From NCBI GenBank assembly GCA_049279635.1, contig JBAPOM010000092.1, forward strand, positions 60,457 through 124,456: a stretch of DNA of 64,000 nt. Reading direction: 5' to 3'. The DNA is from Candidatus Acidiferrales bacterium. Its GTDB lineage: Bacteria; Acidobacteriota; Terriglobia; Acidiferrales; UBA7541. Below the pieces are notes generated by a model. The model did not search any database. It saw only the letters and a program-made list of their open reading frames with translations, and was not told the DNA's origin. Position numbers and translations under genes: made by a program. This document shows positions 1 through 10,108 of this stretch, in pieces. Positions within the stretch are counted from its first letter, which is position 1, and the number at the start of each line of letters is the position of its first letter.

Positions 1-3000
1 GCGGACGATCAGGATTTTCGCGTGAAGCAGACTCCCCAAAGCGGCCTTTCCTTCTACGGGAGTAATGGCCGGGGAAACAGCGTCACCGTGGACGGCGGCG
101 AGGCTCTGGATGACAGCGGCGGTGTCCGCTTGACCGTTAGCCAGGATGCGGTGCAGGAGTTCCAAGTGAATCGCAGCAACTACGCCGCCGATCTGGGTGG
201 GGCTAGCGGCGCGACCATCAACATCGTTACGAAGTCAGGGACGAACGATGTGCATGGGACCCTGTACAGCTATTTCCGCAACGATGCCCTGGATGCGCGC
301 GACCCGTTTGCCTTCAGTTCTGCGCTGGCGCCAAACCCCACGTTCAGCAACTTTAAATTTGATTCCGTCGGCGCGCCCGTGAAGAACAGCCTGAGCCGGT
401 ATCAATATGGGGGCGGCGTAGGATTTCCGATCAAGAAGGACAAGACCTTTCTATTTGTGGCATTCGAAGGCCTGCTGCAGAACTCGCAGAATTCGGTTCC
501 GCTGCTGACGAACAGCTCGATCTTTCTCGGACCAAATCCACTGGCGGCATCGAACCCATTTGCAACCAGTGACCCGAGATTCGCGCAACAGGCCATCGTC
601 AGCGCGCTGGCAGCTTCGGCAAACCCAAGCGTGCCCTGCCTCAGCGGGCAGCCTAACATGTCCGCGGTGGACTGCGCTTTCGCGCTCGAGACCGCTCTGA
701 CGATCAGTCCCGTAACGGGCCTACCCGGAACGGGTCAAACTGCATTAAATCAATACCTTATAGGCCAGTTCGAGGCAAACGGAGGAGTATTCCCGTACAA
801 CACACGCGAGTACTTAGCGTCGGGACGTCTCGACCATCGTATCGACGAATCAAATCAGATTTCTCTTACGTATCGGTACGGACACGATCTCGAGGAAAAC
901 CCCGACGTGCAATCGCTGAACGGCTTTTCGGCGGGCAGTTCGGTCCACACTTATGACAGCACGCTTCAGGGGGCTTGGTTCCATGAGTTCAGCCCGAGTG
1001 CTCAGAACGAACTGCGGCTGCAGTACGATTACGAGGGCTTTAACGTGATTCCAAATGAGCCCGCGCAGGTAAATCTCCAAATTCCGGGGTTCGCCAATAA
1101 TCTGGGAACCAACATCTTCCTGCCGGACTATGTCATCCTCCGCCGCTATGAATTCGCGGACAACTTCACTCTGATTCACGGCCGCCACACGATCAAATTT
1201 GGCGGCTCCGAACTTCTGCGCGGGGATCACTCGGAATCGCATACGTACATGCCGGGCCGGATTGTCTTTGGGTCGCTGCCCGGAGGCATCCTGAGCGATT
1301 GCCTGGCAGCACCCGCGGCGGCGTGTGGACTTTCGCCGTCGCTGGGCTCGGCAAGCATAAACTCTCTGCAGTCGGCTTCTCTGGGGCTGCCGCAGTTCTA
1401 TCAACAGGGCTTCGGCAATGCTGATTACCCGGCCTACACGCGTCCGCTGACAGGGCTGTATTGGCAAGACTCATGGAAGGTTACGTCCACCTTCACATTG
1501 AATCTTGGGGTTCGCTACGAAATCGATTCGCAATTCCAGCCACTGAACACGTACTACGGCGACGTGGCGCCGCGGATCGCTTTTGCTTGGGATCCGTTCA
1601 AAGACCACAAGACGGTGATCCGTGGCGGATATGGGATTTTTTACGGCCCTATCGATTCCCAGATTCCACAGGTGGATCTGAGTTTGGGAGCCTTGAACAA
1701 GGATCACAGCACCGTAGAGAACCACAACAACACGTCGCAGGTTCCCGACCAGGTGAACAACCTCATTGGGACGTGCGGGGTTAACTTTCCTCCTTATCCC
1801 CCAGGCACGCCTGTAATTTCGCCCGGAAGCAACAGCCCCTGTACGCGATACATTTCGATTTATGCGGATCCGCTCACGCCGACCGGGCTGCCGATTCAGA
1901 ACTCGGCGGTTGTGTTTCAGACTCTGTTTGCAGAGGGCGCCATCCAGTGCACTACTCCAACAGCCGGAAATAACGCTTGCATCACGCCAGGGGAAGTAGA
2001 GCCGTTGGGGATCGGCGTCGCGAACAGTGGCCCGATCTCACCGTTGAGTGTGCTCTTTAGCAACCCGCCCGACTATAAACCTCCTTATTCGCAACAAGCG
2101 TCGATTGGAATCGAACGTGAGATTTCGCCCGGGTTTTCTATTTCGCTGAGCGGGATTTATTCCCACACGCTCCGGCTCCCTGTTGCGATTGACACGAACC
2201 TGCTGAAGGCGCCCTTCGTTTCACTGCCGCTGGCGAACGGGAAGGTGGCAACGTACCGCGACTGGTATACCGACCCAGCCATTGATCCGTATAGCCTGAT
2301 TGCAAGCGCTGTAGCTGGCACTCCGGTCCCGTCCCCCTGCGCGGCGAATCCGTTCGCGTGTTTCGTAAACCCGCTGATCGTGCAGAATAACCAGTACACG
2401 TCCGCGGCCTCCGCCCTTTACGAGGGAGGGATCCTGGAAATCAGAAAGCGATTCAGCGATCACTTCACAGTGTTTGGAAATTACACTTACAGCAAAGCGT
2501 TTGACACGTCGACGGATTACAACACGGACTATGGCCCGCAGGACCCGACGAACTTGGCCCTGGACCGAGGGCTTTCCGCGTTTGATCAGCGGCATAAGGT
2601 GGTGATCGCCGGCGTGTTTGACAGCCCGTGGAAGGAAGCCGTCTTGTCCGGCTTTCAACTCGCGCCGATTTTCACATACAACAGCGGGCATCCGTTCAAT
2701 CTACTGGTGGAAGGAGAGGATAACGGCGACAACCACGTGACGAATGAACGCCCAATTGGAGCGCCCCGCGATTCGGGTCTTGGCCCCAATCTTATCGACT
2801 TCGACATGCGCCTGACCTGGCAACACAAACTAAACGAAAAGTTGAATCTGCAAATCACGGCGGAGGGATTCAACATCGCAAATCGGACAAACTATGCCAG
2901 CGTGAATAACGAGGTAGATCCATTGTTTGGCCTTCCGACTGCGCTCGGCGGAGACGGCGAGACCACGTTCAACGTGCATGGGATTCGACCCGGCACACCT

Positions 3001-3099
3001 CTTCCCGGCGGGGGAACGGCTACGCCCAGCACGCCGCTGGCTTTCACGTCGGCGTTGCCCAAGCGGGAATTCCAGTTTGGGGCGCGACTGAACTTTTGA
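1..3099 (+). CDS. TonB-dependent outer-membrane receptor (5' end lies outside the window)
   Basis: The frame is open from base 1, before the first ATG at 22. There is a plug-like N-terminal region (NSVTVDGGEALDDSGG, INIVTKSGTNDVHG), then a long Gly/Asn/Tyr-rich barrel-like body. The C-terminal aromatic residue (FQFGARLNF*) is typical of TonB-dependent receptors. Confidence 0.85.
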   Translation, partial: ADDQDFRVKQTPQSGLSFYGSNGRGNSVTVDGGEALDDSGGVRLTVSQDAVQEFQVNRSNYAADLGGASGATINIVTKSGTNDVHGTLYSYFRNDALDARDPFAFSSALAPNPTFSNFKFDSVGAPVKNSLSRYQYGGGVGFPIKKDKTFLFVAFEGLLQNSQNSVPLLTNSSIFLGPNPLAASNPFATSDPRFAQQAIVSALAASANPSVPCLSGQPNMSAVDCAFALETALTISPVTGLPGTGQTALNQYLIGQFEANGGVFPYNTREYLASGRLDHRIDESNQISLTYRYGHDLEENPDVQSLNGFSAGSSVHTYDSTLQGAWFHEFSPSAQNELRLQYDYEGFNVIPNEPAQVNLQIPGFANNLGTNIFLPDYVILRRYEFADNFTLIHGRHTIKFGGSELLRGDHSESHTYMPGRIVFGSLPGGILSDCLAAPAAACGLSPSLGSASINSLQSASLGLPQFYQQGFGNADYPAYTRPLTGLYWQDSWKVTSTFTLNLGVRYEIDSQFQPLNTYYGDVAPRIAFAWDPFKDHKTVIRGGYGIFYGPIDSQIPQVDLSLGALNKDHSTVENHNNTSQVPDQVNNLIGTCGVNFPPYPPGTPVISPGSNSPCTRYISIYADPLTPTGLPIQNSAVVFQTLFAEGAIQCTTPTAGNNACITPGEVEPLGIGVANSGPISPLSVLFSNPPDYKPPYSQQASIGIEREISPGFSISLSGIYSHTLRLPVAIDTNLLKAPFVSLPLANGKVATYRDWYTDPAIDPYSLIASAVAGTPVPSPCAANPFACFVNPLIVQNNQYTSAASALYEGGILEIRKRFSDHFTVFGNYTYSKAFDTSTDYNTDYGPQDPTNLALDRGLSAFDQRHKVVIAGVFDSPWKEAVLSGFQLAPIFTYNSGHPFNLLVEGEDNGDNHVTNERPIGAPRDSGLGPNLIDFDMRLTWQHKLNEKLNLQITAEGFNIANRTNYASVNNEVDPLFGLPTALGGDGETTFNVHGIRPGTPLPGGGTATPSTPLAFTSALPKREFQFGARLNF

Positions 3100-3117
3100 T
3101 TTTGCTCCACCCCCTGA

Positions 3118-3154
3118 GGGACCGTGGGTTCGGCCCACCCCGGCTCGCGGTCCC
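3118..3154 (+). terminator. Nested GC-rich hairpin downstream of the receptor gene (possible terminator)
   Basis: Outer stem is gggaccg (3118-3124) paired with cggtccc (3148-3154). Inner stem is gtggg (3124-3128) paired with cccac (3134-3138). It starts 19 nt after the stop codon. There is no clear T-tract, so confidence is low. Confidence 0.3.
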
Positions 3155-3208
3155 GTCGAACGGCTGCGCGTGCGCGGTGAGCCGATGTTGCAGGAGAGCG
3201 TCCAGGCA

Positions 3209-3976
3209 ATGAACGTCAAGCAGCTCTTCGATCTCACGGGGCGCGTGGCCATCGTCACCGGGGGCTCGGTTGGCCTGGGGCGCCAGATGGCCGAGGGGCT
3301 CGCGGAAATGGGCGCCAGTCTTGTGCTGTGCGCTCGCAAGAAGGAACGCTGCGAACAGGCTGCCGAGGAACTGAAGGCGCCCGGCGTGAAGACTCTTGCG
3401 CTCGGCTGCGACGTGAAAGATCCGGCGAGCGTTCAGGAGCTTGTGGACGTCACGGTGTCACAATTCGGGCGGATCGATATTTTGATCAACAACGCCGGCA
3501 CATCATGGGGAGCGCCCATCGAAGAGATGAGCCTCGAGCAATGGAACAAAGTGATCGAGACGAACCTGACGGGGACGTTCCTCTGCTGCCAGGCGGCCGG
3601 CAAGATTATGGTCGCGCAGAAGCGCGGGAAGATCATCAATATCGCTTCGACCGCCGGGCTTCGGGGCTCGCCGCCCGAGTTTCAAGCGATCGGATATCAC
3701 GCCAGCAAGGGAGGAGTCATCACCTTCACGAGGGATTTGGCTCGCAAATGGGCGATTCACAATGTCCACGTAAACGCCATCGCGCCGGGATGGTTTCCGA
3801 CACGCCTGTCTCAAGTCGTGATCGAACGAAACAGGGAAAACATGCTGCGGGGAATTCCGCTGGGGCGATTCGGCGGCGAGCATGATTTGAAGGGTGCGGC
3901 CGTCTTTCTGGCGTCGGACGCTTCCGATTTTGTCACCGGAGATGTGCTGGTCGTGGACGGAGGACAAGCAGCGTAG
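3209..3976 (+). CDS. Short-chain dehydrogenase/reductase (SDR) family oxidoreductase
   Basis: Cofactor motif VTGGSVGLG, NNAG motif, and a catalytic S...YxxxK region (ASTAG...YHASKGG). The start is uncertain: GTG 3170, ATG 3185 or ATG 3209. Confidence 0.85.
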   Translation: MNVKQLFDLTGRVAIVTGGSVGLGRQMAEGLAEMGASLVLCARKKERCEQAAEELKAPGVKTLALGCDVKDPASVQELVDVTVSQFGRIDILINNAGTSWGAPIEEMSLEQWNKVIETNLTGTFLCCQAAGKIMVAQKRGKIINIASTAGLRGSPPEFQAIGYHASKGGVITFTRDLARKWAIHNVHVNAIAPGWFPTRLSQVVIERNRENMLRGIPLGRFGGEHDLKGAAVFLASDASDFVTGDVLVVDGGQAA

Positions 3977-3988
3977 GCCAGAGATGCC

Positions 3989-5611
3989 ATGAACGTTCCA
4001 CTCACACCCTTACGATTCTTGCGTTACGCAGAGCAGCAATATCCGGATAAAACGGCCGTGGTATGCGGCAATGAGCGGTTTACGTACCGTCAACTGGCGG
4101 AGCGTGTGGACCGCCTCGCAGGCGCACTGCGCAAGGCGGGAATCGAGCGGGGGGATCGAGTCGCATTTCTGAGCTTGAATTGTCACCGATTGCTCGAGGC
4201 ATATTTTGGGGTTCTGGAGGCGAACGCGGTGCTGCTTCCGTTGAACATTCGCCTGGCGCCGGACGAGCTCACCTATATTCTGAACGATGCAGGGGCGAAG
4301 ATTCTATTTCTGGAAAAGGATTTCTTGGGCCTGGTGGATTCGTTTCGCCAAAAGCTGTCCGCGGTGCAGTCTTTTTTTCTGCTTACCGGAACGCCGCAGG
4401 CAGCCTGGCTCGCTCGCGAGAATTATGAGGAGCTTCTAGCCGCTGCTACGCGGCGTCGCTCCGACGTAATGGAATTCGATGAGAACGCAGTCGCCGAACT
4501 CTTCTACACCAGCGGAACCAGCGCCAATCCCAAAGGCGTGATGCTGACCCATCGAAACGTCTACCTGCACGCGCTGAGCAGTTTGCTGTCCCACGAGACC
4601 TCGCCCGAGGGTGTTCATCTCCACACCATTCCTCTTTTTCATGCGAATGGATGGGGCGCCGCGCACACGGTCACATTCAGGGGCGCCAAGCACGTGATGA
4701 TGCCGCGTTTTGACCCGGCAGAGGTCTTCCGGCTGATCGAACAGGAGCGAGTGCAAAGTTTCGGCGCCGTGCCGGCCATGGCCATTGCGCTAGTGAACTG
4801 CCCGGAACGCAAGAAGCACGATTTGAGCAGCCTCAAGTGGATCAATGTCGGCGGCGCGGCGGCCTCCCCGACGCTTGTGCAGGAGATCGAAGAGAAATTT
4901 GGGTGTACATGCTTCGCCGGATACGGGCTCACGGAAACGGCGCCGGTGCTCTCCGTTTCTTCCATGAAGCCAGGGCTTGAATGGGAAGGGGAGAAACGTT
5001 TTGTGGGCCAGGCGATGACGGGTTACGCCATCCCTGGCGTCGAGCTTCGAGTCGTGGATCCGGACGACAACGACGTGCCTCGCGACGGCCGGGCCATTGG
5101 CGAGATCATCGCCCGCGGCGATGGCGTGATGGAAGGCTACTGGAAACAGCCGGAGGCCACGGCCCAAGCAATGCGCGGCGGATGGTTTCATAGCGGAGAC
5201 CTGGCGACTTGGAACGAGGAGGGGTACATCCTCATTGTCGACCGCCAGAAAGACATTATCGTCAGCGGCGGCGAAAACATTTCGTCGCTGGAAGTCGAGA
5301 AAGCGTTACTCGCGCATCCCGCCGTGCTTGAAACCGCCGTCATCCCCGTGCCTGACCAGAAGTGGGGCGAGGTCCCCAAAGCCTTAGTGGTGCTGAAACC
5401 TGGAGCAGGAGCCGGTGACACGGAGTTGATTGAATTCTGCCGGTCGCGGCTGGCCCATTACAAATGTCCGCGGTCGATTGAATTCCTCGAAAGTTTGCCC
5501 AAGACCGGCACGGGCAAAATCCTCAAGAGAGAGCTGCGCAAGAAATATTGGCAAGGGCGGGAAACAATTCGTCCGGAGATCGCCGAACCGGCTCGAAAGG
5601 GATCAGCTTAG
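3989..5611 (+). CDS. AMP-dependent acyl-CoA synthetase/ligase (fatty-acid--CoA ligase type)
   Basis: AMP-binding signature LFYTSGTSANPKGVMLTH, plus GYGLTE, GWFHSGD and a C-terminal PKTGTGKILKRELR motif. Confidence 0.9.
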   Translation: MNVPLTPLRFLRYAEQQYPDKTAVVCGNERFTYRQLAERVDRLAGALRKAGIERGDRVAFLSLNCHRLLEAYFGVLEANAVLLPLNIRLAPDELTYILNDAGAKILFLEKDFLGLVDSFRQKLSAVQSFFLLTGTPQAAWLARENYEELLAAATRRRSDVMEFDENAVAELFYTSGTSANPKGVMLTHRNVYLHALSSLLSHETSPEGVHLHTIPLFHANGWGAAHTVTFRGAKHVMMPRFDPAEVFRLIEQERVQSFGAVPAMAIALVNCPERKKHDLSSLKWINVGGAAASPTLVQEIEEKFGCTCFAGYGLTETAPVLSVSSMKPGLEWEGEKRFVGQAMTGYAIPGVELRVVDPDDNDVPRDGRAIGEIIARGDGVMEGYWKQPEATAQAMRGGWFHSGDLATWNEEGYILIVDRQKDIIVSGGENISSLEVEKALLAHPAVLETAVIPVPDQKWGEVPKALVVLKPGAGAGDTELIEFCRSRLAHYKCPRSIEFLESLPKTGTGKILKRELRKKYWQGRETIRPEIAEPARKGSA

Positions 5612-5629
5612 TCGAAGGAGTCCCTCGAA

Positions 5630-6817
5630 GTGGATCTGAATCTGAATGCCGAGGAAAAGCAGTTCCGCGACGAATTGCGCGCGTGGCTCAGCGCCAACGT
5701 TCCCAAGGATTGGGCCGATTGGCGCGAGAAGCCGCTCGAGGAGTCTTTCCCTTACTTGCGGGCCTGGCAACGAAAGCTCCATGAAGGCCGCTGGGCCGCC
5801 GTTTCTTGGCCGAAGGAATATGGCGGCCGCAGCGCGACGCTGATGCAGCAAGCCATTTTCTGGGAAGAGATGGCGCGCGCCCAGGCGCCGTCCATGGCGA
5901 ACGCTCTCGGCCTGGGACTGATTGGTCCCACGATCATCGCTTACGGCACCGAAGCCCAGAAGCAGCGATTCATTCCCAAGATTCTCAGCGCGGAAGAAAT
6001 CTGGTGCCAGGGCTTTTCCGAACCGAACGCCGGCTCCGATCTCGCGGGCCTGCAGACAGAGGCGCGGCTGAACGGCGACCACTATATCGTCAACGGGCAG
6101 AAGGTGTGGACCAGCTTCGGCTGGGTTGGTAATTGGTGTGAGCTGGTTGTTCGCACCGATCCAAACGTGCCCAAGCACAAAGGATTAACGGTCCTGCTTG
6201 TGGATATGAAATCGCCGGGCGTCGACGTTCGCCCGCTGCGGCAGATGACGGGCGAGAGCGAGTTCAATGAGCTTTTCTTTCGCGACGTGCGCGTTCCCGC
6301 CCAAAACGTGCTCGGCAAAGTGAACGACGGTTGGAACGTGGCTGTCAGCACGCTGATGTACGAGCGCGGATCGTATGGCGCGCGCCTGCATCTCATTTTC
6401 AAACGGAATATCGAGCGGCTAATCGAACTTGCGCGCACCGTGCAAAGAAACGGGCGGTCGGCTGCCGCGGACCCGCTGATGCGGCAGAAGCTCGCCCAGT
6501 GTTACGCCGAGATCGAAATCATGCGCTTGAATCAGCTGCGTGCCTTCAGCCGGATTACGGCAACCGGCGTGCCCGGGCCGGAGGGGTCGATCCAGAAAAT
6601 TTTTTGGAGCGAGCTGAATCAGCGGCTCCAGCAAGCCGCGCAGGAGTTGCTCGGCCCATACGGCCAACTGGCGGGCGGCGATCGCCGCGCGGTGGACAAC
6701 GGCATATGGTCGTACGGTTATCTCCGAACGCGAGGAAACACGATCGAGGCGGGGACCTCGGAGGTTCAGCGCAATATCATCGGACATTTCGTTCTCGGAC
6801 TACCCAGGAGCTATTGA
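5630..6817 (+). CDS. Acyl-CoA dehydrogenase family protein
   Basis: ACAD motifs: WCQGFSEPNAGSDLAGL, KVWTS, and C-terminal TIEAGTSEVQRNIIG. GTG start is 10 nt after GAAGGAG. Confidence 0.9.
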   Translation: MDLNLNAEEKQFRDELRAWLSANVPKDWADWREKPLEESFPYLRAWQRKLHEGRWAAVSWPKEYGGRSATLMQQAIFWEEMARAQAPSMANALGLGLIGPTIIAYGTEAQKQRFIPKILSAEEIWCQGFSEPNAGSDLAGLQTEARLNGDHYIVNGQKVWTSFGWVGNWCELVVRTDPNVPKHKGLTVLLVDMKSPGVDVRPLRQMTGESEFNELFFRDVRVPAQNVLGKVNDGWNVAVSTLMYERGSYGARLHLIFKRNIERLIELARTVQRNGRSAAADPLMRQKLAQCYAEIEIMRLNQLRAFSRITATGVPGPEGSIQKIFWSELNQRLQQAAQELLGPYGQLAGGDRRAVDNGIWSYGYLRTRGNTIEAGTSEVQRNIIGHFVLGLPRSY

Positions 6818-6821
6818 GGCG

Positions 6822-7925
6822 ATGGAATTCGGACTGAGCGAGAGCCAGCAGATGCTCAAAGACAACGCGCGGAAGTTCTTCGCGGGCGAGTGCCCGATGG
6901 AAGAAGTTCGGCGCCTGATGGAAACTGATACCGCCTACGACGAAGCGTTGTGGGCAAAGATGGCCGAGCAGGGCTACTTGGGAATCATTTTCCCCGAGGA
7001 GTATGGCGGCGTCGGCCTCGGCAAAGTGGAATTGATTCTCCTGATGGAGGAGGCGGGTCGCGCGCTCGTGCCGGGGCCATTTTTCTCGACCGTTGCGCTG
7101 GCCGGCGCCGCATTGGACGCAACGGCAACGCCGGAGCAGAAAAAGAGGTACCTTGCGCCGATCTGTGGCGGCGAAGCGAGATCGACCCTCGCGATACTCG
7201 AGGGGGCCGCGAGCTGGAATGTGGCGGATGTCCGGATGACAAGCGCTAACGGAGAGCTGACGGGAGAAAAGCTCTTCGTGCCCGACGCCAAGGTGGCGAA
7301 CTTCATGATCGTTGTCGCTCGGGATGGCGTCTTCGTGGTGGACGCGAAGGCGCGGGGGATCGATGTCGAGCCGATGGAGGGCATGGATCCAACGCGCAAG
7401 ATGTATTCCGTGCGGTTCAACCACACGCCCGCGGAAAAGCTGGGCAATGCCGGAGGCTTGGCGCGGGCTCTCGACATTGCCGCCACGGCTTTGGTTGCGG
7501 AAATGGTGGGCGGCATGCAGCGAACTCTCGACATCACCGTTGAATACGCGAAGATGCGCAAGCAGTTTGGCAAGCCCATCGGCATGTTTCAGGCGGTGCA
7601 ACACCAGTGCGCGGACATGTACGTCGAAACGGAGTCCGCACGCTCGGCGGTCTATTACGCTGCGTGGGCGCTCGAAGAGAACGTGCCGGACGCCGCACTG
7701 GCCGTCTCGATCGCGAAGATGTACGCAAGCGATGCGGGGCGCACGGTCGGCAACCGGGGCATTCAGGTGCACGGCGGAATGGGCTTCACCTGGGAAAACG
7801 ATCTTCATCTGTATTACAGACGCGCCAAGGTTTCGGAGACCACCCTCGGCGATTCGACCTGTCATCGCGAGCGGATTGCGCGACTTGTGATCGACGCCAG
7901 CGTGGCCTCGACGCAAAGCGCGTAG
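6822..7925 (+). CDS. Acyl-CoA dehydrogenase family protein (second, shorter ACAD, 4 nt after the first)
   Basis: ACAD-like N-terminus (QQMLKDNARKFF, PEEYGGVGLG), a QFGKPIGMFQAVQH segment, and IQVHGGMGFTWENDLHLYYRRAK. Confidence 0.85.
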   Translation: MEFGLSESQQMLKDNARKFFAGECPMEEVRRLMETDTAYDEALWAKMAEQGYLGIIFPEEYGGVGLGKVELILLMEEAGRALVPGPFFSTVALAGAALDATATPEQKKRYLAPICGGEARSTLAILEGAASWNVADVRMTSANGELTGEKLFVPDAKVANFMIVVARDGVFVVDAKARGIDVEPMEGMDPTRKMYSVRFNHTPAEKLGNAGGLARALDIAATALVAEMVGGMQRTLDITVEYAKMRKQFGKPIGMFQAVQHQCADMYVETESARSAVYYAAWALEENVPDAALAVSIAKMYASDAGRTVGNRGIQVHGGMGFTWENDLHLYYRRAKVSETTLGDSTCHRERIARLVIDASVASTQSA

Positions 7926-7950
7926 GGCTCGACGAGAGAGGCGAACTTCC

Positions 7951-10077
7951 ATGAGCGATCTTGTGCAACTCACCAAGTCCGGCGGGATTGCGGTTATTAC
8001 GATCAACAATCCGCCGGTGAATGCTTTGAGCCCGGGCGTGCCGGAAGGCATTTCCGAAGCGGTCGCGCAAATCGAAAAAGATGGCGACGTTCAGGCCGCG
8101 GTCCTCATCGGCGGAGGACGCACCTTCGTCGCTGGTGCGGATATCAAGGAGTTCGGCAAGCTCACTTCCGGCAAGAAGCGGCGAGGTGCCGGTCTTTTGC
8201 CGCTGCTCCTTCAAATCGAGGATTGCCGCAAGCCAATTGTGATGGCGATTCACGGCGCGGCGTTCGGCGGCGGCCTCGAGCTCGCGATGGCCGGCCACTA
8301 CCGCGTCGCCGCGCCAGGCGCACAAGTTGGCCAGCCCGAAGTAAAGCTCGGCATCATTCCGGGGGCGGCCGGGACGCAGCGCCTTCCTCGCCTTGTGGGG
8401 GTGGCCAAGGCTGTGGAGATGTGCGCCAACGGCGATCCAGTCAAAACGGAAGAGGCGTTCAAGCTCGGCCTTATCGACCGAATCATCGAAGGGGATTTGC
8501 TCGAAGGCGCTGTTCGCTTCGCACTGGAAGTCGCCGGCCGCCCGGCTCGGAAAACACGCGACATCGAAGGAAAGCTTGGAACACCGGAGCAAAACGCCCC
8601 GGTCTTTGCTGCCGCGCGAGAAGCCGCCCGCAAAAGGCAACGCGGGATGATGGCGCCGCTCGCGGCGATTGATGCAGTCGAAGCCGCCACGAAGCTCTCT
8701 TTCGTGGAGGGTTGCCGCGAAGAAGAGCGGTTGTTTATCGAATGCTTGAATTCAGATCAGTCCAAGGCGCTGATTCATGTTTTCTTCGGCGAGCGCGAGG
8801 TGGCCAAGATCCCGGACGTGCCAAAAGAGACGCCGGTGATTCCGGTGAATAGCGTCGCCGTGATAGGCGCCGGCACGATGGGCGGCGGCATCGCCATGGT
8901 GTTCGCCAATGCAGGCATTCCTGTGCTGCTCAAGGAGGAAGGACAGGAAGCGCTCGACCAGGGTATGGCCAAGATTCGGACAAATTATGCCGGCTCGGTG
9001 AATCGCGGCCGCTTCACGCAGCAGTTTGTGGACGAACGTTTGAAGCTGATCCAGCCAACGCTCACCTATGAAGGATTTGAGAAAGTTGACATGGTGGTCG
9101 AAGCGGTGTTCGAGGGCATGGCGCTGAAGAAGAAGATCTTTTCCGAACTCGATCGATTGTGCAAGTCGGGAGCGATTCTCGCCAGCAACACATCCACCCT
9201 GAACGTTGACGAAATCGCCTCCAGCACATCCCGGCCGGAATTCGTGATCGGCACTCATTTTTTCAGCCCCGCGAATGTGATGCGCCTGCTCGAGATTGTC
9301 CGAGGGGGAAAATCCAGCAAGCCGGTGATCGCGACCTGCATGCAGCTTTCGAGGAAGCTGGGGAAGATTGGGGTGTTGGTCGGCAATTGCCGCAGTTTTG
9401 TCGGCAACCGCATGTTCCATCCATACGTGCGCGAGTCGGTCTTCTTGGTCGAAGAGGGCGCAAGCGTCGAGTCGGTCGACAAAGCGCTTGTGGAATTCGG
9501 CATGGCCATGGGGCCGTTGGCTGTCGGCGACCTGGCGGGGCTCGACGTGGGCTGGCGCATTCGCAAAGAATATCGCCACCTGGAAAAGCCGGGAATTCGG
9601 CAAGCGTTTGCCGGAGATCGCTTGTGCGAGATGGGGCGGTACGGCCAGAAAACCCGCGCGGGTTGGTACAAATATGACGAAAATCGCCGCGCGATTCCCG
9701 ATCCCGAAGTCTCGACCCTCGTGCGCAAGTGGGCTGCGGAGGCAGGCATCCCGGAGCGGCAGATTTCGGCGAATGAAATTGTCGATCGCTGCGTCTATGC
9801 GTTCGTCAACGAAGGCGCGCGCATTCTCGAAGAGGGTTACGCGCTCCGCTCGGTCGATATCGATATCATCTATCTCAACGGCTACGGTTTTCCGGCGTAT
9901 CGCGGCGGGCCGATGTGGTTTGCCGACACCGTCGGGCTTGGAAAAGTGTACGACCGTATTTGCGAATTTCATAGGCAACACGGCGCGCTGTGGGAACCCG
10001 CTCCGCTGCTCAAGCAGTTGGCCGCACAGGGCAAGACGTTCGCCGGCTTCAACTCGGCGGGCGGCGCGGCCGCGTAA
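7951..10077 (+). CDS. Bifunctional enoyl-CoA hydratase / 3-hydroxyacyl-CoA dehydrogenase (FadB/FadJ type)
   Basis: N-terminal crotonase fold (ITINNPPVNAL, FVAGADIKEF, HGAAFGGGLELAM), followed by an NAD-binding VAVIGAGTMGGGIA and a 3-hydroxyacyl-CoA dehydrogenase body. Confidence 0.9.
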   Translation: MSDLVQLTKSGGIAVITINNPPVNALSPGVPEGISEAVAQIEKDGDVQAAVLIGGGRTFVAGADIKEFGKLTSGKKRRGAGLLPLLLQIEDCRKPIVMAIHGAAFGGGLELAMAGHYRVAAPGAQVGQPEVKLGIIPGAAGTQRLPRLVGVAKAVEMCANGDPVKTEEAFKLGLIDRIIEGDLLEGAVRFALEVAGRPARKTRDIEGKLGTPEQNAPVFAAAREAARKRQRGMMAPLAAIDAVEAATKLSFVEGCREEERLFIECLNSDQSKALIHVFFGEREVAKIPDVPKETPVIPVNSVAVIGAGTMGGGIAMVFANAGIPVLLKEEGQEALDQGMAKIRTNYAGSVNRGRFTQQFVDERLKLIQPTLTYEGFEKVDMVVEAVFEGMALKKKIFSELDRLCKSGAILASNTSTLNVDEIASSTSRPEFVIGTHFFSPANVMRLLEIVRGGKSSKPVIATCMQLSRKLGKIGVLVGNCRSFVGNRMFHPYVRESVFLVEEGASVESVDKALVEFGMAMGPLAVGDLAGLDVGWRIRKEYRHLEKPGIRQAFAGDRLCEMGRYGQKTRAGWYKYDENRRAIPDPEVSTLVRKWAAEAGIPERQISANEIVDRCVYAFVNEGARILEEGYALRSVDIDIIYLNGYGFPAYRGGPMWFADTVGLGKVYDRICEFHRQHGALWEPAPLLKQLAAQGKTFAGFNSAGGAAA

Positions 10078-10108
10078 CGCCGAGGGATTCGATTCGCTCG
10101 GAGAGAAC

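Noticed and set aside
9368-10108. N-terminal extensions offered by the ORF track: thiolase from 9368, DUF4159 from 25550, clan-CD-like from 28655, DUF58 from 32876, the Q-rich protein from 35992, deoA to 53209, A1 from 55375, and CMD from 60177
   Set aside because: The extensions overlap the preceding genes in another frame and lack homology-like sequence. Internal starts give canonical N-termini (signal peptides, family-typical first motifs), RBS sequences or stop/start coupling.
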